Shown here: positions 41,551-53,189 of the stretch, piece by piece
How the letters are laid out: each line of letters starts with the position of its first letter
How positions within the stretch are numbered: position 1 is the first letter of the stretch
Assembly (NCBI GenBank): GCA_965225945.1
Contig: CBDDBZ010000014.1
Coordinates: forward strand, 1-63,896
From: Alphaproteobacteria bacterium
GTDB taxonomy: Bacteria; Pseudomonadota; Alphaproteobacteria; GCA-2731375
Length of the DNA: 63,896 nucleotides
Direction of reading: 5' to 3'
Position numbers and translations under genes: made by a program
The notes under the pieces: model-generated
Told to the model about the DNA's origin: nothing
What the model saw: only the letters and a program-made list of their open reading frames with translations
Database searches by the model: none

Positions 41551-42432
41551 CTATCCCCGGTAGGATTCGCCGCTTCGGTAGAGTTCGAGGCGCGCGCGGG
41601 TGTCGGCCATGGTGGTTTCGCCCGCGCCTTCGGCCTTAAATGCCTCGATGGCGCGCTTCTGTTCGCGGACCGCGTCCTGGAACCGGCCGGCTTCCGCATA
41701 GGCCGCCGCCAGGGTGTCGATAATGGCGGCGCTCGATTCCAGTTTTGTCGCCCGTTCCGCGAATTCGACCGCGCGGGCGCCGTCGCGAAACCGAGGGTCG
41801 TTCGCCGTGGCGAAGTGCCGAGCCAATCCGCTGTAGGCTTCGGCGTTGCCGTCGGCCATTCGCATCGCCTTGTCGAGATCCTCCTCGGCATCGTCGTGGC
41901 GGCCCATCGCCGCGTGCGCCATGCTTCGGTCGATGTAGGCGCGGACGAATTTGGCCCTGAAGCGGATGGCTTTTTCAAAGTCGTCAAGCGCGCGCTCGTG
42001 GCGGCCGATCTTCAATTGGGTGTTGGCGCGGCTGTTGTAGGCTTGCGAAAGATTGGGTTGTATGCGGATCGCCAAGTCGAAGTCGCGGATGGCTTGGTCA
42101 TAGCGCTGCAGCTGAAAATAGGCGGCACCGCGAGCGACGTAGGCGGGCGCGTTGCGTGGATGGGAGCGTATCGACGCGCCGAAGTCGCGAGTCGCTTGCT
42201 CGTATCGCGCCATCATGAAGTGGGCGACGCCACGGAGGTAGTGGACCGTCGCGCGGCCCTTCTCGCCGAGACTCGTGAGTTCCAACAACCAGTCACAGGC
42301 GGGAACGGCGTGACCCGGCACCTTCACCGCGTCCGAGCACGTGCCGGCCTTGTTCCTGAACTCATTGGCGAACGCCGGGGGCGAGGCGAGAGCGAGTAAC
42401 GCCAAACCGAGAAACGCCGCAAGTCTCGTCAT
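41551..42432 (-). CDS. Secreted TPR-repeat protein
   Basis: Signal peptide; repeats AY..RG.AY.....YDQAIRDFD.AI. Confidence 0.85.
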   Translation of the reverse strand: MTRLAAFLGLALLALASPPAFANEFRNKAGTCSDAVKVPGHAVPACDWLLELTSLGEKGRATVHYLRGVAHFMMARYEQATRDFGASIRSHPRNAPAYVARGAAYFQLQRYDQAIRDFDLAIRIQPNLSQAYNSRANTQLKIGRHERALDDFEKAIRFRAKFVRAYIDRSMAHAAMGRHDDAEEDLDKAMRMADGNAEAYSGLARHFATANDPRFRDGARAVEFAERATKLESSAAIIDTLAAAYAEAGRFQDAVREQKRAIEAFKAEGAGETTMADTRARLELYRSGESYRG

Positions 42433-42665
42433 GACCCATTTCCTTGTACGAGCGATCCATGCATCCAGAAGCTGATCTCAACCTCACCACGCCGACCGCG
42501 TCATGCCCCAGGCGGCAAACTGTGAATGAATTTATACCAACCGCCAAAAATTGCGACTCCTCACGCCGCCCCACTCGCTCCCAACCCGTCGAATATTGTA
42601 CCCTCGTGGCCGGGTGCGAGGGGAGTGGGGCGAATGACGGCGAGCGGAAAGGGGAGGGCCGGCGC

Positions 42666-43271
42666 ATGAAGGTGCTTGGAATTTCGGGGAGTCTGCGGAA
42701 AAACTCCTTCAACACGGCGGCGCTCCGGGCCGCTCGAGAGTTGGCGCCCGACGGCATGGCGATCGAATTCGCCGATCTCTCCGCCGTTCCCCCCTATGAC
42801 GGGGACGTCGAGGCCCAGGGCCTCCCCGAGGCCGTGGTCACCCTTCGCCGCCAAATCGCCGAGGCGGACGCGCTGCTGATCGCCACGCCCGAATACAACT
42901 ACTCGATCGCGGGCGTGCTGAAGAACGCGATCGACTGGGCTTCGCGCCCGCCGGAGCAACCTTTCGACGGCAAGCCCATCGCGGTTCTGGGCGCCAGCCC
43001 CGGGCGGCTCGGCACGGCCCGGGCGCAATATCACCTGCGCCAGGTCTTCATCACCTGCGCCAGGTCTTCATCACCTGCGCCAGGTCTTCATCACCTGCGC
43101 CAGGTCTTCGTCTTCCTGAACGGTCGAGTCCTGAATCGGCCGGAGGTGATGATCGCCGCCGCGGGCCAGGCCTTCGATGGCGAGGGCCGGCTGGTCGACG
43201 AGGCCGCGCGGGAGCTGATCGCGCAACAGCTCCAGGCGCTCCGCGAGTGGGCCGGCCGGCTCGCCGGCTAG
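42666..43271 (+). CDS. NADPH-dependent FMN reductase (ChrR-like) with an in-frame 60-bp repeat expansion
   Basis: GISGSLRKNSFN, TPEYNYSIAGVLKNAIDW, GTARAQYHLRQ. Confidence 0.9.
   Translation: MKVLGISGSLRKNSFNTAALRAARELAPDGMAIEFADLSAVPPYDGDVEAQGLPEAVVTLRRQIAEADALLIATPEYNYSIAGVLKNAIDWASRPPEQPFDGKPIAVLGASPGRLGTARAQYHLRQVFITCARSSSPAPGLHHLRQVFVFLNGRVLNRPEVMIAAAGQAFDGEGRLVDEAARELIAQQLQALREWAGRLAG
43030..43109 (+). repeat. 20-bp tandem repeat, 4 copies
   Basis: ATCACCTGCGCCAGGTCTTC x4, exact. Confidence 0.95.
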
Positions 43272-43304
43272 GCGAGAGGCAGCCGGTATGGAGTTCTCGA
43301 TCGC

Positions 43305-45281
43305 CTAGCCGCCAGCGGCCTTGCCACAATCGAGGAGTTGGCCTCGGATCGCCGGTTCCAGGTCGTTCATTCGGAGCCAGAGCGTGATCGGCCCCTCGCG
43401 CCAGACCGCATCGTATCCGCCTGTGTCGGGCCGACCGAGGGCGCGAGAAACCTCGTCTTCCAGGATGATGCGTGGCGCTGGCGTCGCCTCGGCGCCGGCC
43501 GGCGCGGGGCCCAGCAGAGCGCTGATCCGAACAACCAAGAGATGATGATCGCGTATACCAACCCGGTGAAACATCCAATACATGTAACCTTGACGCGCGG
43601 AGAGCAAGCGAGACCACCGCCAGGACAGGGTCGAATCCGCTTGGTCGGTCGACGGAAAGTCGATCCAGCTCTCGATCCCGATATTGAACAAATTCAGTAC
43701 CGCCGCCGCGCGGGTGACAATTCGTTCGTTGGAACCAGCCTCGTGCAGCGGGAAGCCGACCGGCAGGTGCAGGTCGGCGTCGGTCCAAAGGGCCAGAAAA
43801 TGATTAAGTTCCGGACTGAGGGTCGCCGCGTCCTCGATTCCTCGCCGCGCGTCCAGACACGTCACCACGGCGCGCAAGTGCTCGATGCGTTTCGGCAAGG
43901 CCGTGTAGCGGGCACCGACGGCGCCGATGTAAGCGTTGGTTCGAACCGCGCTCAGGCCAGTGTATGCGAGCGGCACGGCGGCGCAAAGCGCGACGGCGAT
44001 CGCCCGCGCGTGGGCCGGGTCGCGAATTCGACTTCGCAGCGGCGCGCCGGCCCGCTTCGTGGCGCGTGCCACGACGATCAGAAGCGCGAGCCAGAGACAA
44101 CTTTCGACGCGATTGTGAAATTGCGTCATCTGATAGCCATGAACGCCGAGCCACGCCGAGAGAACGGCGAGCGCCGCCATCGCCAGGCCGGATAGGAGGA
44201 CGATCAGATAGGGCGCCGGGTTGCGCCAGCCGTGGAGAAAGTGGAAACACGCCAGCATTGGGGCGACGACCAGCCCGGCGCGACCGAGAAAGCCCCAACT
44301 CCATCGATCGAAGATGGCGAAGCTGAAACCGCCGCGGCCGATCCAAGCGGCACCTAGCCCCGCGCGGTCGGTGGCGTCGGGATGGCCGGCGGCGTGGAGT
44401 GCCGCATAGGCGGCCACCGAGATGGCGAGGCCGAGGACAATGATCCGCTGTTCGGCCAACCAGCGCACACTCGCGCGCAAGGCGCCCGGGGTCGAGGGCC
44501 CTCTGAGGGCGCGAAGCCAACGAAACGATACGGCGAAGGACACGACGCAAGCGGCGATCGCGAAGGCCCAGACATCTCCCAGTGCCAGCGGAACCAAGGT
44601 GACGGCGAGCATGACCGCCGAGACGTCGTCGCCCGCGCGGTCGGCCATCCGGCGCGCGGCGAGGACGACGACACTCGCCAGCAGACCGCTGCTCCACGCA
44701 AACGTCGATAGCCGCGAAAGCCTGCCGCCGGGCCAGACCGAGGGATCCGTCGCGTTGGCGAGATCGACGACCAGGCTCAGCGCCGCGCCCAGGCTCGGGC
44801 AGGTGGCGAACACAGTCACGATCGCCAGGCGCCCGCCCAGCCCCAAGGTGTGCCCGAAGGCACGGGAGAGGGCCGTGTAGAGCATCAGATGAGAGACGAG
44901 CAGCAGCCCGAACCACACCGCCGCATATGCCGGCTGCGACCCCTCGGTGAGCAGCACGATCCTGCCAATCAGGTATTGAAATACGTTTTTGGGCACTATC
45001 GGGAGCGCATCGCCGCCGAAGAGGTCGTCGACCCAGCCCCTGTCGGCGATCCGCTTGGCGCGGATGATGTAGAGGGAGAAATCCTCGGGATGCGCGAAAT
45101 TCGGCGTCCCGTGGAAGACGAAGAAGTTGGCCCGTTCCCCGTCGTTGGGTGCCGGCACAGGAATTCCGTCGCGATACGACTGTAGCTGTCCATGGAGCAG
45201 GACAGGCGACAGTGAGAACGCGAGGACGCCGAGCACGATCAGGTGGCGCCACCAACGTCTTGCGCGACCCGTGGCCATCAT
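43305..45281 (-). CDS. Large polytopic membrane protein of unknown function
   Basis: About 658 aa with many hydrophobic segments; start codon uncertain. Confidence 0.6.
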   Translation of the reverse strand: MMATGRARRWWRHLIVLGVLAFSLSPVLLHGQLQSYRDGIPVPAPNDGERANFFVFHGTPNFAHPEDFSLYIIRAKRIADRGWVDDLFGGDALPIVPKNVFQYLIGRIVLLTEGSQPAYAAVWFGLLLVSHLMLYTALSRAFGHTLGLGGRLAIVTVFATCPSLGAALSLVVDLANATDPSVWPGGRLSRLSTFAWSSGLLASVVVLAARRMADRAGDDVSAVMLAVTLVPLALGDVWAFAIAACVVSFAVSFRWLRALRGPSTPGALRASVRWLAEQRIIVLGLAISVAAYAALHAAGHPDATDRAGLGAAWIGRGGFSFAIFDRWSWGFLGRAGLVVAPMLACFHFLHGWRNPAPYLIVLLSGLAMAALAVLSAWLGVHGYQMTQFHNRVESCLWLALLIVVARATKRAGAPLRSRIRDPAHARAIAVALCAAVPLAYTGLSAVRTNAYIGAVGARYTALPKRIEHLRAVVTCLDARRGIEDAATLSPELNHFLALWTDADLHLPVGFPLHEAGSNERIVTRAAAVLNLFNIGIESWIDFPSTDQADSTLSWRWSRLLSARQGYMYWMFHRVGIRDHHLLVVRISALLGPAPAGAEATPAPRIILEDEVSRALGRPDTGGYDAVWREGPITLWLRMNDLEPAIRGQLLDCGKAAGG

Positions 45282-45451
45282 GATCGGGACAATAATGACG
45301 TTCGCCGACGAAAAAAACCGATACGCCTCGGGAACAGGGAATTCGACGCGCATCGACGAATGGAACCGTGGCCACGCCCGGCGCTGGAAGACCGTCGTCG
45401 TCGACCCGACCGGCCTTTGGCGGACGCGAGCGTCACGCATCGGGCTACAGC

Positions 45452-45570
45452 TTCGGCGCCATCTGCCCCGAGCTCAGCCCGCCACCGCCCTGGTGATGCC
45501 CCTCGCCAATACCGAGGCGATGAACCTGCATCTCCGGGAGATCAGCCGCGCCGTCACCCCCGGTCACCCC
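45452..45570 (+). mobile_element. IS630 transposase remnant
   Basis: FGAICPE...ALVMPLANTEAMNLHLREISRAVTPG, typical of an IS630 DDE segment; no ends found. Confidence 0.6.
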
Positions 45571-45680
45571 CGGCCCACCACGCCCGAGGGTAGCCTTCAT
45601 GGCTGGTGTGCCCGGGGAGAGGGCCGGTGGTGGCGGGGGCGGGCGTGTAATATGCAGGTGCCCGGACAGCGGGGGGAGCC

Positions 45681-46916
45681 ATGAAACATATTCTGGACGG
45701 GATCACCGTGCTCGATTTCACCCAGTTCATCGCCGGGCCGGTGATGACCCGGGCGATGGCCGAGATGGGCGCCGAGGTGATCAAGATCGAGCTCGCGCCG
45801 AACGGCGATTTCGCCCGTAACCTCCCCGTCATCAAGGACGGCCGCAGCGCCTATTACGTCCAGCAGAACCAGGGCAAGCGCGGCATGTGCATCGCCATGC
45901 GCGACCCGCGGGGGCTCGATCTGGTTCGCCGCCTGGTGGTCGAGGCCGACGTCCTGGTGGAGAATTTCTCGCCCGGGACGATCGGTCGCCTCGGCCTCGG
46001 CTGGGACGTCGTGCACGAGATCAACCCCGGGCTCATCATGTGCTCGATCTCCGCCTTCGGGCAGCAGGGGCCGCTCGCCGACCAGCCGGGCTTCGACTAC
46101 ATCGCCTAGGCCTATACCGGCGTCACCCACATGATCGGCGAGCCGGGCGAGCCGCCGCCGGTGACAGGGGTGGCGATCGGCGACGTCGGCGCCGGCATCA
46201 CGGCCTTGGCGGCGGTGAACGGCGCCCTCTACCACCGCCTCGCCTCCGGCGGCGAGGGCCAGTATCTCGATATTGCGCTGATCGACTTCTACTTCTATTC
46301 CCACAGCCTTTCGGTCGAGGCCTGGAGCGCCAGCGGCGGCGAGATCGAGCCGAACCGCAGCGGCTCGCACCACCAGCACGTCGCGCCCGTAGGCGTCTTT
46401 CGGGGCAGCGAGGGCTATCTCTTCATCTGCGCCGTCTCGAACGACATGTGGCACCGGATGGCCCGCGCCATGGGGCGGGAAGAGCTCGGGGACGATCCGC
46501 GCTTCGTCGGGCTCTCCGAGCGGCGGGAGAATCTGGTGCCGCTCTGCGAGATCATCGAGGACTGGATCCAGGCCCAGGAGAGCGACGAGGCCGCGCTGGA
46601 GGTGCTGAAGGCGCACCGGGTGCCGGTCGCCCCGGTGCTGGACGTGGCGCAGGCCATCCAGAGCCCGCATCTGATCGAGCGGGGCACGGTGCGCACCGTC
46701 ACCGATCCGCTTCTCGGCAGCTATCAAATTCCGGCGGTACCGCTCCGCTTCTCGGCCTTTCCGGATCCGGCGGCCGAAGGGGCGCCCTTTCTGGGGGAGC
46801 ACAACGGCGAGATCCTGTCGCGCCGTCTGGCCCTGCCGGAGGCCGAGATCCGCGCGCTGGAGGAAGCGGGCGTGCTGGTCGCCGAGCCGCTGCCGGCGGC
46901 GCGCGCGGCGAAATAG
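45681..46916 (+). pseudogene. CaiB/BaiF family III CoA transferase with in-frame TAG
   Basis: VLDFTQFIAGP, GAEVIKIE, VENFSPG, GFDYIA*AYTG (TAG 46107-46109), APFLGEH. Confidence 0.85.
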
Positions 46917-47183
46917 CTTCTCGCGCGGTGGAGCGGCGACCACGCCGCTCTTTGTCGATGGCCGCTCGCGCGGCCCGCCGGGCCTCCCGCACCCCCGCCC
47001 AACCACCCAGGAGCGGGAGGCCCGGCGCACCACCTGGCCCGGCCGGCTCGCTCGGGTGGATGGGCGGGGGAGCGGGCTGGCCGGGCCATGCCACGCGCCA
47101 GCGTGGCGACAAAGATTCGCGGGTGGTTTGGCCAGAGGAGAAGGCCAGCGGAGCGGGGCGGTCGGGACTTGCTTCGATTGTTA

Positions 47184-48335
47184 TCAATCGGCTTCGGCCG
47201 AGGTGCCGCGCGTGGTTTCCCCGATCAGCCAGTCGACGACCCGGCGCAGCGCTTCCATTGGCTCCGCGCCCTCGGCGATCGCCGCCTCGTAGGTCCTAAG
47301 CTGGTGTTCGGCGCTGCTGCCGTGGGCGACGATCTCGCGGGCATGGGCGATCTCGGCCTCGCAGCCCAGCCGTTCCGCGTCCGGCGCCACCAGCTCGATC
47401 ACCTCGTCGAGCAGCTCTGCGTAGGGCACCTGGGCGCCGCGGCCGAAATCGACCAGCGTGTGGGTGGTGCCGTAACGTTGCGCCCGCCAGCGGTTCTCCT
47501 CGACGCAGATCGCCGGATAGATCCGCCAGCGCTGATTGTCCCGCCGGAGGCGATAGAGCATCGAGAGGATGCACTGATAGAGCGCGGCGATGGCCAGGGC
47601 GTCGTCCAGCCGGGTGCAGACGTCGGTCATCCGCATCTCCAGCGTCGGGAACCGCGCGCTCGGGCGCACGTCCCACCAGATCTCGGTCGCGTCCTCGATC
47701 AGCCCGGCGTCGACCAGCCGGGCTACCAGGCGTTCGTATTCGCCCCAGGAATCGAAGCCTTCCGGTATCCCGGTGCGCGGCATGGCATCGAACACGGTCA
47801 GCCGATAGGACTTGAGGCCGGTATCGACCCCCTGCCAGAACGGTGATGAGGTGGAGAGGGCCAGGAGATGGGGCAGGAAGTATTTGACCTGGTTCATCAA
47901 GTCGATGCGCAGGTCCGGGTCCTCGATCGCCACGTGCACGTGCATGCCGCAGATCAGCAAGCGGCCGGCGACCGCCTGCATGTCGCGGGCCAGCATCTGG
48001 TAGCGTTGCTTGTCGGTGCGGCTCTGATCGCGCCAATTGGCGAAGGGATGGGTCGAGGCGGCGATCGGCGCCAGGCCATGTTCGCCCGCCACCGTGGCCA
48101 CGGTGCCGCGCAGTTCCACAAGATCGTCGCGGGCATTTTTGATCGAGGTGCAGACCCGGGTGCCGACCTCGATCTGCGAGCGCAGGAACTCCGTCGTCAC
48201 CCGGCCGCTCAAGCGACGCTCGCACTCCCGGATCACCTCGGGCGGCGGATCGACGGCGAGATCGCGGGTCTCGCGGTCGACCAGCAGATATTCCTCCTCG
48301 ATTCCAAGGGTGAAGCTGGGGTCGTCGAAAGCCAT
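47184..48335 (-). CDS. Carboxylate-amine ligase (YbdK / glutamate-cysteine ligase 2 family)
   Basis: TLGIEEEY, CGMHVHV, IWWDVRPS, TLEMR, ENRWRAQRYG. Confidence 0.92.
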   Translation of the reverse strand: MAFDDPSFTLGIEEEYLLVDRETRDLAVDPPPEVIRECERRLSGRVTTEFLRSQIEVGTRVCTSIKNARDDLVELRGTVATVAGEHGLAPIAASTHPFANWRDQSRTDKQRYQMLARDMQAVAGRLLICGMHVHVAIEDPDLRIDLMNQVKYFLPHLLALSTSSPFWQGVDTGLKSYRLTVFDAMPRTGIPEGFDSWGEYERLVARLVDAGLIEDATEIWWDVRPSARFPTLEMRMTDVCTRLDDALAIAALYQCILSMLYRLRRDNQRWRIYPAICVEENRWRAQRYGTTHTLVDFGRGAQVPYAELLDEVIELVAPDAERLGCEAEIAHAREIVAHGSSAEHQLRTYEAAIAEGAEPMEALRRVVDWLIGETTRGTSAEAD

Positions 48336-48339
48336 TTCG

Positions 48340-49122
<783 letters not shown>

Positions 49123-49212
49123 GGGGGCTACTATAGCCATCTGCCGCCGCCGCGATACGCACGGGGGGTCCGGGCGCGCGCGGCGGGGCTGGATGACCTA
49201 TCATGGCGGGCC

Positions 49213-50541
49213 GTGAACCAGGTGCGACCAGCAGACTCCTTACCGCTCGAGGCGAGACCTCGCCAGGGCCGGGTTCGCGTGCGCACCTTGGTGATCAGCC
49301 GTTGGATCGCCGTCACCGGCCAGGTCGTCGCCCTGCTGCTGGTGAGCGAGGGCCTCGAAATCGCGCTGCCGATGGGCTGGGCCATGGCGACCGTCGCCTG
49401 CTCCGCCGGGCTCAACATCTGGCTGCAGTTCCGCCGCTCGGCCGCCGGCTGGCACACGGAGCGGGAGGCGGCGGCGCTACTCGGCTACGACATCGTGCAG
49501 CTTTCGGTGCTGCTGTACCTGACGGGCGGGCTGGAGAATCCCTTCTCCGTCCTGTTGCTCGTGCCGGTGACGATCTCCGCCACGATCCTGAGCTTGGCGA
49601 GCACGGCCTCGCTGACGCTGCTCGCCGGCGCCGGCGCCAGCCTGCTGATGTTTAGCCACCTTCCCCTCGCCTGGCCCGCGCCGGGCATCGGCGTGCCGGA
49701 GCTCTATGTCTTCGGCGTCTGGGTGGCGCTGCTGTTGGGCATGGTGTTCCTCACGCTCTACGCCTGGCGGGTGGCGGAGGAATCGCGGCGCATGTCCGAT
49801 GCCCTGGCGGAGACGCAGCGGGTCTTGGCGCGCGAGCAGGAGATCTCCTCGCTGGGCGCGCTCGCCGCCGCCGCCGCGCACGAGCTCGGCACGCCCCTCG
49901 GCACCATCGCGCTGGTCGGGCGCGAATTGGCGCTCGACCTGCCCGAGGGCGACGCCATGGCGGAGGACATGCGGCTCTTGAACAGCCAGGTGCAACGCTG
50001 CCGCGACATCCTGACCCGCCTGGCCCGCGATCCCTCCGGCGAGCAGGACCGAACCTTTTCCCGCCTGCCGCTTCTGGCACTCCTCGCCGGCGCGATCGAG
50101 CCGCTGCGCCGCGCGGGCAAGGAGGTCCGGCTGGAGACGCTGGCGCGGGACGGCACGCCGGAGCCCATCGTCGCGCGGCGCGCCGAACTGCTGCAGGGCC
50201 TCGGCAACCTGCTGGACAACGCCTTCGACTTCGCCCGGAGCGAGGTTCGGGTGGCGGCGAGCTGGAGCGCCGGCGAACTGCTGGTGGAGATCGAGGACGA
50301 CGGGCCCGGTTTCGCAGCCGAGGTGCTCTCGGCGCTGGGCGAGCCCTATGTCGGAACGCGCCGGGGACGGGGCCGGATGGGCCTCGGAATCTTCATCTCC
50401 AAAACCCTGCTGGAGCGGACCGGCGCCACGCTCGAATTCGCCAATCGGGGGCGCCAGCGGGGCGCGCGGATTCGGATTCGCTGGCCGAGAGCACGCATCG
50501 AGGAGAGCGTGGGCGAGGTCGAGACAGGGAGCGCGACGTGA
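49213..50541 (+). CDS. regB: RegB/PrrB/ActS redox sensor kinase
   Basis: GGLENPF quinone-binding motif, AAHELGTPL H-box, RCRDIL Cys. Confidence 0.92.
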   Translation: MNQVRPADSLPLEARPRQGRVRVRTLVISRWIAVTGQVVALLLVSEGLEIALPMGWAMATVACSAGLNIWLQFRRSAAGWHTEREAAALLGYDIVQLSVLLYLTGGLENPFSVLLLVPVTISATILSLASTASLTLLAGAGASLLMFSHLPLAWPAPGIGVPELYVFGVWVALLLGMVFLTLYAWRVAEESRRMSDALAETQRVLAREQEISSLGALAAAAAHELGTPLGTIALVGRELALDLPEGDAMAEDMRLLNSQVQRCRDILTRLARDPSGEQDRTFSRLPLLALLAGAIEPLRRAGKEVRLETLARDGTPEPIVARRAELLQGLGNLLDNAFDFARSEVRVAASWSAGELLVEIEDDGPGFAAEVLSALGEPYVGTRRGRGRMGLGIFISKTLLERTGATLEFANRGRQRGARIRIRWPRARIEESVGEVETGSAT

Positions 50542-51095
50542 TGTCGGATGGCGAGCCCGAGCGGCGGGCCGAGCGATCGCTCCTGCTGGTGGACGACGAC
50601 GGGCCGTGGCTGGCCCGACTCGCCCGGGCGATGGAGCGGCGGGGCTTTTCGGTCCTACGGGCGGAAAGCGTCGAGGCGGGCGTGAGGCTGGCCAAGGCGC
50701 GGGCGCCGAGCCATGGGGTCGTCGATCTGCGCTTGGGCGACGGCAGCGGGCTCGACGTGGTGCAGGCGCTCCGCTCGGCGCGGCCCGACTGCCGGGTGGT
50801 GATGTTGACCGGCTACGGCAACATCGCGACGGCGGTGGCCGCGGTGAAGCTCGGCGCCATCGACTATCTGGCCAAGCCGGTCGACGCCGACGCCATTCTC
50901 GCCGCGCTGACCGCCGAGGCCGGCGCCCGCCCCGCCCCGCCGGAGCGCCCGATGTCCGCCGACCGGGTGCGCTGGGAGCATATCCAACGGGTCTACGAGC
51001 TTTGCGATCGCAACGTCTCCGAGACCGCGCGCCGTCTCGACATGCACCGCCGCACCCTGCAGCGCATGCTCGCCAAGCACTCGCCCCGGGAATGA
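50541..51095 (+). CDS. regA: RegA/PrrA/ActR response regulator
   Basis: PMSADRVRWEHIQRVYELCDRNVSETARRLDMHRRTLQR. Confidence 0.95.
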   Translation: MSDGEPERRAERSLLLVDDDGPWLARLARAMERRGFSVLRAESVEAGVRLAKARAPSHGVVDLRLGDGSGLDVVQALRSARPDCRVVMLTGYGNIATAVAAVKLGAIDYLAKPVDADAILAALTAEAGARPAPPERPMSADRVRWEHIQRVYELCDRNVSETARRLDMHRRTLQRMLAKHSPRE

Positions 51096-51162
51096 GAGGC
51101 ATCGCCGCGCGCGCGCGCCGACAGCCTGCCTGCCACGACTGGACATTCGAGTGAGCCGCAGG

Positions 51163-52930
51163 TTACTCCGGCAAGCCCGCTTCCCGCAGCGCTTCAGCAT
51201 ACCTTTCGTTCAATTCCGGCGAAAAACGGCCGAGCTGAGCAAACTCTTCAACGTGGAAATCCGGCTTCAGGCTGAGCAGACGCTCAGCCGACGCTCGCGC
51301 CACTTGCAGCTGCCCGCCCTGCCTACGACTGGCGGCGATGAGAGCCAGAGCAGGAAGGAATTGAGGATTGATGTGAGTAGAGCGCTGCGCCGCTTCGGCG
51401 GCATCTTCGTAGCGCTCCGTGAAGAAGTAGCCATAGGCCGCCGCCATTTCTGCCAAATAGCACATCGGGTCGAACGGGCTGAGGCGAAGCGAGGCTTCGG
51501 CATCCTCGATCGCCTTGGCGAACTGGCCCGCATATGCCCGGACGAGCGCGCCGAGGGCGAGCACGACTGGTGAGTTCGGCGTGTACCCTAACGCCCGCTT
51601 GATGGCGCTGAGTGCGACGTCGTAGTCGCGTTCAAACAACGCGAGCGCCCAAGCCGCGAACGCCAGCGCCAGGGAGTCATCCGTGTCGGGACCAAGTACA
51701 GCGCGCGCGTGCCGGACGGAGACGACGCAACGAGAATCACCGGGAAATGAGACGAAATGACCGTTGCACCACGCAGCCAGCCCATGGGCAGCCACATATC
51801 CCGAATCGATTGCCAGCGCTGCGTCGAGAAGCTTGATCGTCTTCTCCGCCTCCTCAGGTAGGTACGCCCAGGCGTGTGGCAAGGCCCGTAGGTAGAAATC
51901 ATAAGCGTCCAAACTGTCGGGCCGCTTGCGCCGTGAACGTTCGATCTCGGCCAGGCGCACCGAGGGCTCGATCGCGCCCACCACGCCCTCGGTGATCTGG
52001 TCCTGCAGGTCGAAGACATCCTCCAACGCGCCGTCGTACCTTTCGGCCCAAAGATGATTGCCAGTCGCGGCCTCGACCAGCTGGGCCGTAATTCTGAGAC
52101 GATCGCCACCCCTCCTTACGCTGCCTTCGAGCACGTAGCGCACGCCGAGCTCACGCCCGACGGTTCGCAGGTCCACGGCCTTGCCCTTGAAGGTGAACGA
52201 GGGGTTTCGGGCGATGACGAAAAAGCCGCGAAACCGGGAAAGCGCGGTGATGATGTCCTCGGCGATGCCGTCGGCGAAATACTCCTGCTCCCGATCGCCC
52301 GACATGTTGTCGAAGGGCAGCACCGCGATCGAGGGCTTGTCGGGAAGGGCGAGCGGCTCGCCGGCAAGGGACCCGGCCGCCGGGTCGGATGCCTCGACCT
52401 CGCCGGGCGACCAGCGCCAGACACGAAGCGGATCCCTAACGTTCTTCAACGCCCGCGCGCCGCCGTCCGCGAACGCGACGTCGAGCTTACCCGACGCCTC
52501 GGCTTGCACTTTCTCCGAGATGCAGACACCGCCCGGCTCGGCGATCTCCTGAAGCCGGGCCGCCAAATTCACCCCGTCGCCATAGATGTCGTCTCCATCG
52601 ACGATGACGTCGCCGAGATTGACGCCGATCCTGTACTCGATCCGTTGTTCATCGGGCTCCTCGGCGCCCAGCTCCGCCATCTTGGCCTGGACCTCGACGG
52701 CCCAATTCACGGCGTCGACGACGCTCGGAAACTCGGCCAACAGACCGTCCCCCATGAGCTTCACGACGCGCCCGCCGTGCTTCGGTGATCTTGGGATCGA
52801 CCAGTGCATTGAAGCGGGCCTTGAGGCGGGCGTGGGTGCCGACCTCGTCCCGCTCCATGAGGCGTGTATAGGCCACCACATCCGCGCTGACGATGGCGGC
52901 GAGCTTCCGTTGCACCGCCCGTTCGGCCAC
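51163..52930 (-). pseudogene. Class III adenylate/guanylate cyclase-TolB-like-TPR protein, frameshift near 52785
   Basis: RKLAAIVSADVVAYTRLM in one frame; HGGRVVKLMGDG, GDGVNLAARL, PSIAVLPF in the next. Confidence 0.85.
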
Positions 52931-53189
52931 GGGAGTCCTCCCCGTATTTGGGCTTGATAGCGCGATCATACGCCCGGGGGGTGAGGGAGTCCAAAAGACG
53001 ATCCGAGGGCTCCCAGCTGCGCCCCGCCGGCGTGCCCGGTATAGTCATTAGGAGACATGCCGCGAGCAATTGACTAGTTTTAGCCGAGGGCGGAAAAGCA
53101 TCGCCGCCGTATACGACGGGTTCTGGATCTGGTGCGAGCGCTACAACGTGCCTTTAAGCGTGGCCAAGATAAAATAATGGTGAGGCCGA

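Noticed and set aside
43030-43109. CRISPR array
   Set aside because: Units are contiguous with no spacers, lie inside a CDS, and no cas genes are present
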